DNA of 64,000 nt from Candidatus Kapaibacterium sp. (GCA_963664875.1 OY761611.1:3552001-3616000), one strand, 5' to 3'. Shown: positions 39,730-50,299, counted from the first letter of the stretch. Numbers and translations are program-made. Notes: generated by a model not told the origin, from the letters alone.

Positions 39730-40311
39730 ATGTTAAAAATCATCTTAATCGCTGCTATGGTGTTGCTAATGTCTTGTGCTGAAGACTCTCCGCAATCACC
39801 GATGACTTCTATTGAAAAAAACGGTTTAGTATTAGAGCTTTCTACGGCAAAGAGTAAAATTAGTTCCGGAGAAATTCCGGATTTAATATTGAAAATGCGA
39901 AACGCTTCGGATACTAATATCGTAATTCCGCTATTTTTAGATGGCTCTATCGAGATGGAACGCTATCCGCATACTTACTTTCTAATCAATGGTAAACCAC
40001 AGAATTTACCTCAGTCTGTCAAGGAAAATAATGGAAATTTGGTTCCGCTAAGCCCAAATAATTTTATTACACTCAGACAAAACGAAGTATATATGCCTGA
40101 TATGCACGAGCTAAACTGCTCGCTGAAAGAAATCCTCAAAGAAAAAGGTACGTATAATCTGAGTTTTGTCTTCTGCATGGAATCCGAAAATCCTGAAGAT
40201 TGGGGATTTGACAAAGGTAATGAGAAAGAAATCGAACTTACAAGACAACTTTTTAGTAAAGTACCAAAGCAAACATTTGTAAGTAATGGCGTGAAAATAG
40301 AAGTAATTTAG
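39730..40311 (+). CDS. Hypothetical lipoprotein (Ig-like)
   Basis: Lipobox LLMSC; GGAG SD. Confidence 0.7.
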   Translation: MLKIILIAAMVLLMSCAEDSPQSPMTSIEKNGLVLELSTAKSKISSGEIPDLILKMRNASDTNIVIPLFLDGSIEMERYPHTYFLINGKPQNLPQSVKENNGNLVPLSPNNFITLRQNEVYMPDMHELNCSLKEILKEKGTYNLSFVFCMESENPEDWGFDKGNEKEIELTRQLFSKVPKQTFVSNGVKIEVI

Positions 40312-40325
40312 TTAAAAAATATCCC

Positions 40326-40364
40326 AAGAGACGCAATTATTCATCAAAGCGTCTCTTTTTTTTT
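40326..40364 (+). terminator. Intrinsic terminator
   Basis: AAGAGACGC/GCGTCTCTT stem followed by a long T-run. Confidence 0.8.
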
Positions 40365-40438
40365 CTAATATTATAACTAATTCTTAAAAGAAGCGTATCA
40401 CATATATACTAATGAATAATAATATATACAGAACTATT

Positions 40439-40996
40439 ATGCGCTATTTTTACATCTTACTTGTTGCTGTACTATTTTCTTCATGTACGCCTTCGTACTA
40501 CGAAATGTATGAAACTCATACTCCCTGCGAAAAATTCACTCCTAACTTCATCTTTCATACTCTTGCTAAAGAGTTGGTACGCGAAGATATGAATGTTGTT
40601 GAAATGGATTACTCGACCGGAGTCCTAGTTGCAGAATCTGAACCGGAATTTGGTAGCTATGCCCACAGGAGCTACCGCAAACAATGGAAGTTTATAATCG
40701 ACTCTAAAGGGACTATCATTGCACGGGCGAGAATAATAGAAACACATACTAACGACGCAGGCTTTATAGTTTACGAAAAGTTTTATTATATGGGCGATGA
40801 AACTCACCCCGAAAACACTTGGTACTGGCGAGTAAGGGTAGCAATGGAAAATATCTGCGAAACTGCCTCAAAATCTTACTCATATTATAGACGCTCAGCA
40901 GTGCAGGGAGAAAACGAAGAACAAGCCGCTGCATTTATTTTAGGAGTTACAACTGTAGCAATAGAGGCAGCCTTAGAGGCATCGGCAGATGATTAG
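40439..40996 (+). CDS. Hypothetical lipoprotein
   Basis: Lipobox LFSSC; ORF open from 40412. Confidence 0.65.
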   Translation: MRYFYILLVAVLFSSCTPSYYEMYETHTPCEKFTPNFIFHTLAKELVREDMNVVEMDYSTGVLVAESEPEFGSYAHRSYRKQWKFIIDSKGTIIARARIIETHTNDAGFIVYEKFYYMGDETHPENTWYWRVRVAMENICETASKSYSYYRRSAVQGENEEQAAAFILGVTTVAIEAALEASADD

Positions 40997-41231
40997 AAGG
41001 TTACAGTATGAAGATGATATTAAGCACTGGGAGCTGTCACTTTGTTATTCCAAATGCTTTAAAGCTATCATCCGCAGTTCTTTTCTCTAATATTACTTTC
41101 CCTATCTGATAAACAAAATGCCCAGCAAAATACAATCCCCAAAAATTGCTGATTTTGAAAAAAAAACTGAAACTACACATTATTGTGTTTCGTTTAGTAA
41201 ATTTGGACTAGTTATATTTTGCAGGTGAGAC

Positions 41232-43280
41232 ATGGAAATAGTTTTAAGCGATGTAAAGGCTTTTGAAGCAAAATTTTATGATCAAAAAACGACTGAAAAA
41301 TCGGCACGAATCCGAGAACTTGTTTATAACGTTACACACTCTGATAGCTATGCAAACTTATCTTCTTTAATTTTTGCTGCGCCGGACAATCCGGAAGTTA
41401 AAAAATACATTATTTCCGTTTTCGGGGAAGAAACCGAATCAAAACTTGAGCTATTAAAAAGAGTCTCATCTCTAAACTTCCCTGATACTAAAAAGCAGAT
41501 TTTGCAACTCAGAAAGCAGTTTATCGGTTTAGTGAGCGATCTCAATCTGATTTTTGTAGTGCTTTCCGAGCGTCTAATAGCTCTGAAAGAAGCTGTCGAA
41601 AATCAGTCCGATGATTTACTCAAACTTGCCGAAGAGTGCCTTTATCTTTATTCTCCAATCGCACACAGACTTGGAATCCGAAAGATTTATACCGACATGG
41701 ATGATCTTGCCTTTCAGTTTCTTTATCCTAAAGAATTTAAAAAGTTAGATAACGCAATCGAAAAACATAGAGAAAAGCTGAATACAAAGCTCGAAGATAT
41801 GAAAAATAACCTCAAAATTGCGTTGGCGAAGCAAGGCATAGAGGGTAAAATTCATTTCAGAGTAAAAAGGCTTTATAGTATTTATCTCAAATTGATAAAT
41901 CAAAACATATCGGTAGAAGATGTTTATGATTTGATGGCTCTAAGGGTTATTCTTAATGATGTGGACAGTTGCTATCTTGCATTGGGAGCAGTGCACAGGA
42001 ACTGGATTCCTATCGAAAAGCGTTTTCGTGATTGGATTACTTTCCCTAAAGCCAACGGCTACCGTTCGATACAAACTACTGTTGTAACAAGAAGCGGTGA
42101 CAGATTCGAAATTCAAATCAGAACTGAAGATATGCACAGAGAAGCCGAATACGGCTCTGCAGCTCACTGGGCATACAAAGAAGGTATATCTGCTGACACC
42201 TGGATACTCCGACTCAAAGAATTTTTGGAAAACGACGAATATTTCCAAAATCCATACGAATTACAGGAACTGATGAAATCCGATTTGAAAACGGACAATA
42301 TCCATGTGCTCACTCCCAAAGGAGATGTAAAATCACTGAAGTTAGGTTCCACCGCCATTGACTTTGCATATTCTATCCATACCGGAATAGGCGAGAAGCT
42401 GGTTGGTGTAAAAATTAACGGCAAACTCGCAAAACTCAAAACACCTCTCAATTCCGGTGATGTGGTCGAAGTTATTACAAATCCGAACGCTACACCTTCC
42501 CGTGACTGGTTGGACATTTGCCAGACAAGCAAAGCACGCTCGAAAATTTTATTATGGATAAAAAAGAACGAACAGGCTCAAATTTTAGAAGACGGCAAGA
42601 GATTGTGGGAGCGGTTTAAAAAAAGATATAAAAATAAACTTGACGGACACGCAGAGGACGCAAAATTTAAAACAAATCTGACAAAAATCGGATTCAAAAA
42701 TATAGATGATTTTTATTCTGCAGTAGCTATCAAATCTCTGAAACTGACGCAAACTTTGCTCCGTAAACTGTTCCCTGATGCATTTGCAGCAGCAAGGGAT
42801 ATACAGTTGCAAAAATCATCGGGTATATCGCAGCTTCAACGTGCTCCAAAAATAAAAGTTGAAGAAAAAAGCGGCATAGTGACTACTCTTGCCAAATGCT
42901 GCAATCCTATTAAAGGTGAGCCGATAATTGCGTATATCACAAGTAAATCAGATATAAAAATTCATGCCTTACGCTGTCGCCATTATAAATTAGGAGAGAT
43001 GGATCCCGAAAGAATAAAACCGGCAGAGTGGGAGCAGGCAGCATCATTCCAGCATGCAGGAGTGAATCTGTTTGGAGAAAATTACTTCCTGATGCAAAAA
43101 GCTCTAACCGATATATCTTCCAATATGGGAGTAGCTATCAACTCTATGCAGAGAAAAGACATCAACGAATATATGTTTGGAATCAAAGTAAGCGTAGAAG
43201 TTAAAGATTTTGCACAGCTTAATCAGTTTGTGCATAAACTGCAAGCCAATGCAGATATTGAATCAGTAGATATTCTTTAA
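41232..43280 (+). CDS. Long RelA/SpoT homologue with degenerate HD hydrolase domain (synthetase, TGS, ZFD, ACT)
   Basis: PIAHRLG, RVKRLYSI, DLMALRVI, EIQIRT, AHWAYK, DFAYSIHT, KCCNP; no HD motif. Confidence 0.92.
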   Translation: MEIVLSDVKAFEAKFYDQKTTEKSARIRELVYNVTHSDSYANLSSLIFAAPDNPEVKKYIISVFGEETESKLELLKRVSSLNFPDTKKQILQLRKQFIGLVSDLNLIFVVLSERLIALKEAVENQSDDLLKLAEECLYLYSPIAHRLGIRKIYTDMDDLAFQFLYPKEFKKLDNAIEKHREKLNTKLEDMKNNLKIALAKQGIEGKIHFRVKRLYSIYLKLINQNISVEDVYDLMALRVILNDVDSCYLALGAVHRNWIPIEKRFRDWITFPKANGYRSIQTTVVTRSGDRFEIQIRTEDMHREAEYGSAAHWAYKEGISADTWILRLKEFLENDEYFQNPYELQELMKSDLKTDNIHVLTPKGDVKSLKLGSTAIDFAYSIHTGIGEKLVGVKINGKLAKLKTPLNSGDVVEVITNPNATPSRDWLDICQTSKARSKILLWIKKNEQAQILEDGKRLWERFKKRYKNKLDGHAEDAKFKTNLTKIGFKNIDDFYSAVAIKSLKLTQTLLRKLFPDAFAAARDIQLQKSSGISQLQRAPKIKVEEKSGIVTTLAKCCNPIKGEPIIAYITSKSDIKIHALRCRHYKLGEMDPERIKPAEWEQAASFQHAGVNLFGENYFLMQKALTDISSNMGVAINSMQRKDINEYMFGIKVSVEVKDFAQLNQFVHKLQANADIESVDIL

Positions 43281-43295
43281 AATATAGAGAGCAGT

Positions 43296-43649
43296 ATGCA
43301 GATAGAAGTTTTTTTGATTTCTCAACAGTTAGTGCATTATTTTCTGCATCTGATATTTCCGGGCATTGTGGCTCATGCTTTCTTTCGGGAATACCGAATG
43401 AAAGCATGGCTGCTAATGCTTTCCACAATGCTGATTGACATTGACCATTTGTGGGCAAATCCAATATTTGATCCGAATCGTTGCAGCGTCGGATTTCATA
43501 CATTTCACTCTTACCCTGCTATAGCAATGTATCTTTTGCTCTTAGCAGTGCCAAATAAAACAATCCGTATCATAGGTTTAGGGCTGACGCTGCATATACT
43601 GACCGATTTGCAGGATTGTTTATGGCAGCTTGCCTATTCGACTCATTAA
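43296..43649 (+). CDS. DUF6122-like small membrane protein
   Basis: MLIDIDHLWANPIFDPNRCSVGFH motif. Confidence 0.75.
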   Translation: MQIEVFLISQQLVHYFLHLIFPGIVAHAFFREYRMKAWLLMLSTMLIDIDHLWANPIFDPNRCSVGFHTFHSYPAIAMYLLLLAVPNKTIRIIGLGLTLHILTDLQDCLWQLAYSTH

Positions 43650-43819
43650 AATCAAAAATTTCTTTCCACAGGAAATTTTTTTTCGTGTATATCTCTAAGA
43701 TAATAGATATATTTAAGGTTAATAATAATTAGTTTCCACATACAGAAAAACTAAACTTTCGTTTTTTTTCTTCGTATAAATCAATGCAATTTATGGTTTA
43801 ATATTATCGGAATAGGACA

Positions 43820-44806
43820 ATGAACGATCTCAGAGAAATTAACGAGCGAATCCAAAAGGAAAGTGCCTTTGTGGATATGCTTATGATGGAAATCGGCAAA
43901 GTAATTGTCGGTCAAAAGTATATGGTAGAACGCCTGCTTATTGGGCTTTTATCCAATGGGCACGTATTGCTCGAAGGTGTGCCCGGGCTTGCGAAAACAT
44001 TAGCAATCAACACACTGGCAAATGCCATTGATGCAAAATTTAGCCGAATCCAATTTACTCCTGACTTACTCCCTGCAGATTTGACAGGTACACAAATATA
44101 TAATCAGAAAAAAGACGAATTTACTGTCAGACGCGGGCCAATCTTTGCTAACTTTATCCTTGCAGATGAAATCAACCGTGCTCCGGCAAAAGTGCAGGCA
44201 GCTTTGCTTGAAGCTATGCAGGAAAGACAAGTTACAATCGGCGATGAGACATTCAAAATGGAAGAACCGTTTTTGGTGCTTGCTACACAAAACCCGATAG
44301 AGCAGGAAGGTACATACCCACTACCTGAAGCTCAGGTAGATCGTTTTATGCTCAAACTTGTTATTTCATATCCCAATCTCGAAGACGAAAGATTGATTTT
44401 GAGACAAAACATAAGCAAAAACTACCCGAAAGTAGAAAAAATGCTCAAACCTGAAGATATAATCAATGCAAGATCCGTTGTAAAAGACGTTTACATTGAT
44501 GAGAAAATCGAAAAATATATTCTTGATATTATTTTTGCTACAAGGTTCCCTGAGCAGTACGGTCTCGGAAAACTCAAGAATCTCATTAGCTTTGGAGCTT
44601 CTCCTCGTGGTTCTATTGCACTTGCGATGGCAGCAAAAGCCTATGCATTTATCAAGCGTCGCGGTTATGTAATTCCTGAAGACATAAGAGCTATCTGTCA
44701 CGATGTACTTAGACACAGAATCGGAATAACTTATGAAGCAGAAGCAGAAAATGTACGTTCGGAAGATATCATCAACGAAGTACTCAACTCTGTAGAGGTT
44801 CCTTAG
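43820..44806 (+). CDS. moxR: MoxR family AAA+ ATPase
   Basis: EGVPGLAKT, RIQFTPDLLPAD, DEINRA, ATQNPIEQEGTYPLPEAQ. Confidence 0.96.
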   Translation: MNDLREINERIQKESAFVDMLMMEIGKVIVGQKYMVERLLIGLLSNGHVLLEGVPGLAKTLAINTLANAIDAKFSRIQFTPDLLPADLTGTQIYNQKKDEFTVRRGPIFANFILADEINRAPAKVQAALLEAMQERQVTIGDETFKMEEPFLVLATQNPIEQEGTYPLPEAQVDRFMLKLVISYPNLEDERLILRQNISKNYPKVEKMLKPEDIINARSVVKDVYIDEKIEKYILDIIFATRFPEQYGLGKLKNLISFGASPRGSIALAMAAKAYAFIKRRGYVIPEDIRAICHDVLRHRIGITYEAEAENVRSEDIINEVLNSVEVP

Positions 44807-44901
44807 AAAGCAATCGAATGTTTGCCATTTGAATAAATAAGCAAGCAATTCGAATCTGTAATAGCCGAGCGTCATTCTATATGGAATGTCACAAGCATAG
44901 C

Positions 44902-44944
44902 AAACAGCCTGCAAGGCTGAGAGACCATGCCTTTCAGGCTGTTT
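44902..44944. repeat. REP-like doublet related to the HUH-gene flanking hairpins
   Basis: AAACAGCCTGCAAGGC-11 nt-GCCTTTCAGGCTGTTT; compare CAGCCTGAAAGGCTG at 51570. Confidence 0.7.
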
Positions 44945-45040
44945 CGTAAGTTGCAATTTGGACATTTGCCTATAGATTTAATATAGGCAAAACAAACGAT
45001 AAAAAACCATGCAGGTTGATGAACATTTGGATGGAAAAAA

Positions 45041-45916
45041 ATGGATACTGTAGATTTAATAAAAAAAGTACGCAAAATAGAGATATACACTCGAGGGCTA
45101 TCAAAAAATATCTTTTCCGGAGGCTATCATAGTGCTTTCAAAGGTAGAGGTATGGCTTTTGCTGAGGTAAGGGAGTATATGCCGGGCGATGATGTCAGAA
45201 CTATAGATTGGAACGTTACTGCCCGATACAATCACCCTTATGTCAAAGTCTTTGAGGAGGAAAGAGAGCTAACTGTGATGCTGTTAGTTGATGTGAGTGG
45301 CTCGCAGGACTTCGGGACTAATACTCAAAATAAACGTGAGCTGTTGACTGAGCTTAGTGCAGTGCTCTCATTTTCTGCTATCTCGAACAACGACAAAATC
45401 GGAGTTATCTTTTTTAGTGATAAAATAGAGAAATTTATTCCTCCTAAAAAGGGGAAAACTCATACACTCAGAATTATCAGAGAGCTGATAGAATTCAAAC
45501 CGGAGAGCAAAGGCACCGATGTGGCTTTAGCTCTTGAGTATATGACTAATGTTATTAAAAAGAAAAGCATAGTTTTTCTTCTCTCTGATTTTGTTTCTAA
45601 AGACTTTTCAAAATCACTCAAAATTGCCTCACGAAAACATGACACCATTGCTGTTAGGCTCTACGATCCGAAAGAAGCTGAAATCCCGGATCTTGGACTC
45701 GTTCATATCAGAGATGCTGAAACAGGTAAAATCTCCTGGGCAGATACCTCTTCTAAAGAATTCAGAAACCACTATAAAAATATGTGGGTAGAAAGAGAGC
45801 AAAAACTGGATAAACTGTTTGCTGTCAGCAATGTAGATGAAATCAAAATACACACAGGGCAACCTTACATAGTGCCTTTAAAAACGTTTTTCAAAATGAG
45901 AGGTATGAGAAGATAA
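45041..45916 (+). CDS. DUF58 (VWA-like) protein
   Basis: FKGRGMAFAEVREY.PGDDVR.IDWNVTAR, DVSGS, LSDF. Confidence 0.95.
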   Translation: MDTVDLIKKVRKIEIYTRGLSKNIFSGGYHSAFKGRGMAFAEVREYMPGDDVRTIDWNVTARYNHPYVKVFEEERELTVMLLVDVSGSQDFGTNTQNKRELLTELSAVLSFSAISNNDKIGVIFFSDKIEKFIPPKKGKTHTLRIIRELIEFKPESKGTDVALALEYMTNVIKKKSIVFLLSDFVSKDFSKSLKIASRKHDTIAVRLYDPKEAEIPDLGLVHIRDAETGKISWADTSSKEFRNHYKNMWVEREQKLDKLFAVSNVDEIKIHTGQPYIVPLKTFFKMRGMRR

Positions 45917-45947
45917 GTTTTATATAAATTTCCAAAAGGGGTGCATC

Positions 45948-48900
45948 ATGTATAAACATATACCGGCTTTGATTTTGGTAGTAGCTTGCTGCCTGTCCGG
46001 CATATTTTACTTTCAGAGCAAGGATGGGCGTTCTGTCTCTGAAGAAGTAACAAAAAAAATTAAAATCTCCGAGTTTGACGGCGATTTCTCTCCAAAGGAA
46101 AGAGCTGTCTATAAGTTCTGGAGACTTAGAGATCCTCTAACCAATACAATTCCTGCAGGCATTCGCAGACAGTCTTTAGAGTATGCTCAGCTGATTGCCG
46201 GCGGTTATCGCAATGATAAATATCAGGGCGATAATCTCTTGGCACAAGATTGGTCTATCAGAGGGCCTTACTATATCGGTGGCCGTACTCGAGCTATGGC
46301 TTTAGATGTGAAAAACGAAAATATTATTCTTGCCGGTGGTGTATCCGGTGGGGTTTGGCGTTCCACAGACGCTGGCACTACATGGAACAGGACTACAAAA
46401 CTTCATCAGTTACAATCAGTATCTACAATTTCACAGGACAAACGACCGGGCAAAGAAAATATCTGGTACTACGGCACCGGCGAATTGTGGGGGAACTCTG
46501 CTGATCTTATTGGCGATGGTATCTTCAAATCGACAGACGGCGGTCTAAGCTGGAATCAGTTAGAATCTACACTTTCCGGCACTCATGGCACTTGGGACAA
46601 TATGTTTGACTATATATGGCGAGTTGAAACCGATCATTCGGTTGCTGATCAGGATGTAGTGTATTGTGCTACTGCCCTCGGTGGTATCCAAAAAACCACT
46701 GACGGGGGAGAGTCATGGAGACTTGTTCTCGGTGGATGGGGCAATAGCTATGGATATTTTACTGAAGTTGCCATTTCACCGAGCGGAGTAAAATATGCTG
46801 CCCTCGGAAAAAGAGGACCAGATCCTAACGGTTCGCCTGCTGCAGGTATTTATCGTTCCGAAGATGGTGAAAAATGGACAAATATCACTCCTGATAACTG
46901 GCCTGAAAATTATAATAGGATTGTGATAGGCATTGCACCTTCTGACGAAAGCCAAGTTTATTTCCTTGCAGAAACACCGGGTAGCGGTAGATTGACTTTC
47001 GATTACCAAGGTGATTCCTTATGGAACTCAATCTGGAAATATACTTATAAGTCAGGTGATGGCAGTGGCACAGGCGGAGTCTGGGAAGACCGTTCCGCAA
47101 ATATACCAAAACCGGAATCACGCCACATGCAGTTCAATCCTCAAGGTTCGTACAATCTTGTTTGTAAAGTAAAACCAAATGACCCGAATGTAGTATTTAT
47201 CGGTGGAACTTCGCTCTATCGCTCAAACGACGGTTTTGCAACTGATAATTCCGTACTTGTCGGAGGTGTTTGTCCATTCGAAGATTGTGAATACTGGTAT
47301 CGCTATCCTAATCATCACTCAGATTTGCATGAAGTACTGTTTTTGCCTTCAAATCCTGATGTACTATTTACAGCGGAAGATGGAGGTATCCACAAAGTGC
47401 TTGATAATAAAAAAGATGTTTATGACTGGATTTCTTTAAATACCGGATACTTTACCACACAGTTCTACGCTCTTTCAATAGACCATGCTCCACAAAATCC
47501 TAAAGATTTGCTTATAGGAGGTATGCAGGATAACGGAACTTTGTTTGATATAGACATGGAACTGAAAAATCAATGGATGACTGCTTCTACCGGTGATGGT
47601 TTTTACTGCCAGGTAGCCGATGGTGGCAACGTTATTTATTCTTCTATGAACACTAATGAACCGGTGAAAATCAAAATGTGGCGACGTCATATTTCTGATG
47701 ATGGGGATACCATAGTAAGAAGAAGGATTGACCCTACAGAAGGCAGAGACTTCATGTGGAATACTCCTTTTGTGCTCGACCCTAATGATAACGCTAAAAT
47801 GTATGTAGCAGGCGGCAAAATAGTTTGGCGTAATAATGATTTGGATGAAATTCCAATGGATAATTCAGATACGCCAACTATGATTAACTGGGACAGCTTG
47901 TCAAATACCAGAGTAACCGGCGATGCGAGAATTTCTATTGTTGCTGTATCCAAATCACCTGCAAACGTGCTCTATTATGGTACTACTCACGGAGAAGTAT
48001 ATAAGATAACAGATGCAGACAAAGGTGACCCGATACCTGAATTGGTTTATACTGATGGAGCTAATACTTCCAACGTGGGCTCTATTGCTATAGATCCTAA
48101 CGATGCGAATAAAGTGATAATCGTTTATACGAATTACAGAGTCGAATCTATGCTATATACCGAAGATGGTGGAAAAAACTGGATACCAGTCGGTGGTAAC
48201 TTAGAGGAAAACATTGGAGGTAGTGGCAATGGCCCTGCAGTAGCGTATGCTAAATATCTGCCTCGAGGAAACGGGAACCGCATATTTGTGGGTACTTCTA
48301 CAGGTGTTTATTCCACTTCTTATTTGAATGGTTACAATACAGTGTGGCAGCCCGAAGCTCAAAACGTAATCGGCAATGTAGTAGTAGATATGATTGACGC
48401 TCGCGAATCAGATGGCCTTGTTGTTGTGGGTACTCATGCAACAGGTATCTATCAGGCATATATCAATGATTTGCATCCTCAACCAAATATGCCAAACCTG
48501 CTTAGCCCATATAACGGAAGTAAGGGGATAGCAGCCAGCACACTATTACAATGGAAATCCAACAATCCTGCAGCTCTTTACGATTTGCAGGTGGCTACTG
48601 ATAAAGATTTTAACAATATTATTTTTGAAAAATCATATATCAAAAATGACTTCGAATATGTAGGCGGACTCGAACAGGGTGGCAAAACATACTATTGGAG
48701 AATAAAAACATACGCTGCCGGCGGAGAAACTGAATTTACAGAAGCATGGACATTTAAAACTGCTCCTGAATCACCTGAATTGATTTTCCCGGCTAAGAGC
48801 CAGAAAGAACTTGACACTGATATTACTTTCCTTTGGTCTGAAGCAGACGGAGCAACCCGCTACAATCTGCAGATTGCTACTATGCCGGGCTTTACAGGTA

Positions 48901-49331
48901 TAATCAAAGATACTATTGTTACAGGCACAAGCTGCCTAATCTCCGGCTTTGAACTAAACAGCAAATATTACTGGAAAGTTGCTTCCGGCGATGAAGACGG
49001 AATTGGTGAACTTAGTAAGCAAAATATTTTCTATACTAAAGACCCGAATTCAGTCAAGGAAGGTTTAGAAGGAAGTATTGTCTTGTACCAAAACTATCCA
49101 AATCCGTTTAGCAAGACAACACATATAGAATTCGACAGCAAATATGCTACTCATGTGCTGTTGGATTTATATGATGCAAACGGAAGAAAAATTGAAACTT
49201 TATTGGATAAAATGGTGTATGGTAGAAATAAAGTAGATATAGATGCCCACAATCTGAAGTCAGGTACTTATTATTACAGACTTACAGCCTCAGGCAAAAC
49301 ATTTACTAAGAAAATGGTTGTTGTAAAATAG
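45948..49331 (+). CDS. T9SS cargo: BNR/VPS10-like beta-propeller plus Fn3 repeats
   Basis: GGRTRA, many S/TxDGGxxW Asp-boxes, GGMQDNG, YYWRI/YYWKV Fn3 units, C-terminal QNYPNPF..SGTYYYRL. Confidence 0.88.
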   Translation: MYKHIPALILVVACCLSGIFYFQSKDGRSVSEEVTKKIKISEFDGDFSPKERAVYKFWRLRDPLTNTIPAGIRRQSLEYAQLIAGGYRNDKYQGDNLLAQDWSIRGPYYIGGRTRAMALDVKNENIILAGGVSGGVWRSTDAGTTWNRTTKLHQLQSVSTISQDKRPGKENIWYYGTGELWGNSADLIGDGIFKSTDGGLSWNQLESTLSGTHGTWDNMFDYIWRVETDHSVADQDVVYCATALGGIQKTTDGGESWRLVLGGWGNSYGYFTEVAISPSGVKYAALGKRGPDPNGSPAAGIYRSEDGEKWTNITPDNWPENYNRIVIGIAPSDESQVYFLAETPGSGRLTFDYQGDSLWNSIWKYTYKSGDGSGTGGVWEDRSANIPKPESRHMQFNPQGSYNLVCKVKPNDPNVVFIGGTSLYRSNDGFATDNSVLVGGVCPFEDCEYWYRYPNHHSDLHEVLFLPSNPDVLFTAEDGGIHKVLDNKKDVYDWISLNTGYFTTQFYALSIDHAPQNPKDLLIGGMQDNGTLFDIDMELKNQWMTASTGDGFYCQVADGGNVIYSSMNTNEPVKIKMWRRHISDDGDTIVRRRIDPTEGRDFMWNTPFVLDPNDNAKMYVAGGKIVWRNNDLDEIPMDNSDTPTMINWDSLSNTRVTGDARISIVAVSKSPANVLYYGTTHGEVYKITDADKGDPIPELVYTDGANTSNVGSIAIDPNDANKVIIVYTNYRVESMLYTEDGGKNWIPVGGNLEENIGGSGNGPAVAYAKYLPRGNGNRIFVGTSTGVYSTSYLNGYNTVWQPEAQNVIGNVVVDMIDARESDGLVVVGTHATGIYQAYINDLHPQPNMPNLLSPYNGSKGIAASTLLQWKSNNPAALYDLQVATDKDFNNIIFEKSYIKNDFEYVGGLEQGGKTYYWRIKTYAAGGETEFTEAWTFKTAPESPELIFPAKSQKELDTDITFLWSEADGATRYNLQIATMPGFTGIIKDTIVTGTSCLISGFELNSKYYWKVASGDEDGIGELSKQNIFYTKDPNSVKEGLEGSIVLYQNYPNPFSKTTHIEFDSKYATHVLLDLYDANGRKIETLLDKMVYGRNKVDIDAHNLKSGTYYYRLTASGKTFTKKMVVVK

Positions 49332-49345
49332 AATCAATTTGCAAT

Positions 49346-50299
49346 ATGAAAAGAATACTTGGTTTATTATGTGTTACTTTAATCATTGGTTCGGTTGCCT
49401 ATGCAGCCGAACCGGTCTTTAAAGCTGAAATTGATACGAATGGCACGCTAATCGGTAAACAAATTGAACTTAGACTCAGTGCGGAATATGATAAAAATCA
49501 TACAGTATTCTGGCCCGAAATCAAAGACAGTATCGGCAGTCTGGAAATAGTAAACATTGCAAAGCCCGATACGGTCAGGAAAGAAGCGACATTGTCGGTT
49601 ATTAAAAAGTATAAAATTACTTCGTTTGATGCCGGCGACTTTACCATTCCGGAATTTACTTTTTCTTATCAGAAGCAGGCAGATGACAATCTGTTTGCAG
49701 CTCAAACTAAAGAAATCAATTTGAAATTTGCCGGAATAGAAGTTGATACTACTAAGGACATTAAGGACATCAAACCTCCACTTGTGCCTCCGTATCAATT
49801 TGACTGGATGATAGTCTTGTACATAGTGCTTGGCTTATTAGCTGTTTTTGCTGCTTGGTATGTATGGAAAAGATACTTTGCAGGCAAAAAAGATGATTTA
49901 CCTAAAGCTCCAATCCGACCTGACATTCCTGCTCATATTTTAGCTTTGGAATCGCTCAAGCGACTTGATGAAGAAAAACTATGGCAAAACGGACAGGAAA
50001 AACTTTATCACGTAAAACTATCTGAGATTATCAGGACTTATATTGCTGCCAAATTTGGTATTGACGCAATAGAAATGACTTCAAGTGAAATATTGGAATA
50101 TTTTGGCGGTATAACCAATATGTCTGCTGAGCTGAAAGAAAGCCTCAGAAAACAATTTAATATCTCAGATATGACAAAGTTTGCCAAATATAGACCTTTG
50201 CCTGACGAACATGGATTTTGCCTGCGTTCGGCAATAGAATTTGTTGAAAAAACTCATGCTACATCTGCTACTCCTGCAAACAATGAGGAGGTGAAATAG
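49346..50299 (+). CDS. Bat-cluster membrane protein (BatD-like/DUF4381-like)
   Basis: Signal peptide, IKDIKPP before a TM helix, EMTSSE, KFAKY; lies just upstream of batA. Confidence 0.75.
   Translation: MKRILGLLCVTLIIGSVAYAAEPVFKAEIDTNGTLIGKQIELRLSAEYDKNHTVFWPEIKDSIGSLEIVNIAKPDTVRKEATLSVIKKYKITSFDAGDFTIPEFTFSYQKQADDNLFAAQTKEINLKFAGIEVDTTKDIKDIKPPLVPPYQFDWMIVLYIVLGLLAVFAAWYVWKRYFAGKKDDLPKAPIRPDIPAHILALESLKRLDEEKLWQNGQEKLYHVKLSEIIRTYIAAKFGIDAIEMTSSEILEYFGGITNMSAELKESLRKQFNISDMTKFAKYRPLPDEHGFCLRSAIEFVEKTHATSATPANNEEVK

Noticed and set aside
44366-44965. 199-aa antisense ORF over moxR (likewise 59453-60073 over pepT and other shadow ORFs)
   Set aside because: Antisense to well-conserved genes, with no motifs of their own.
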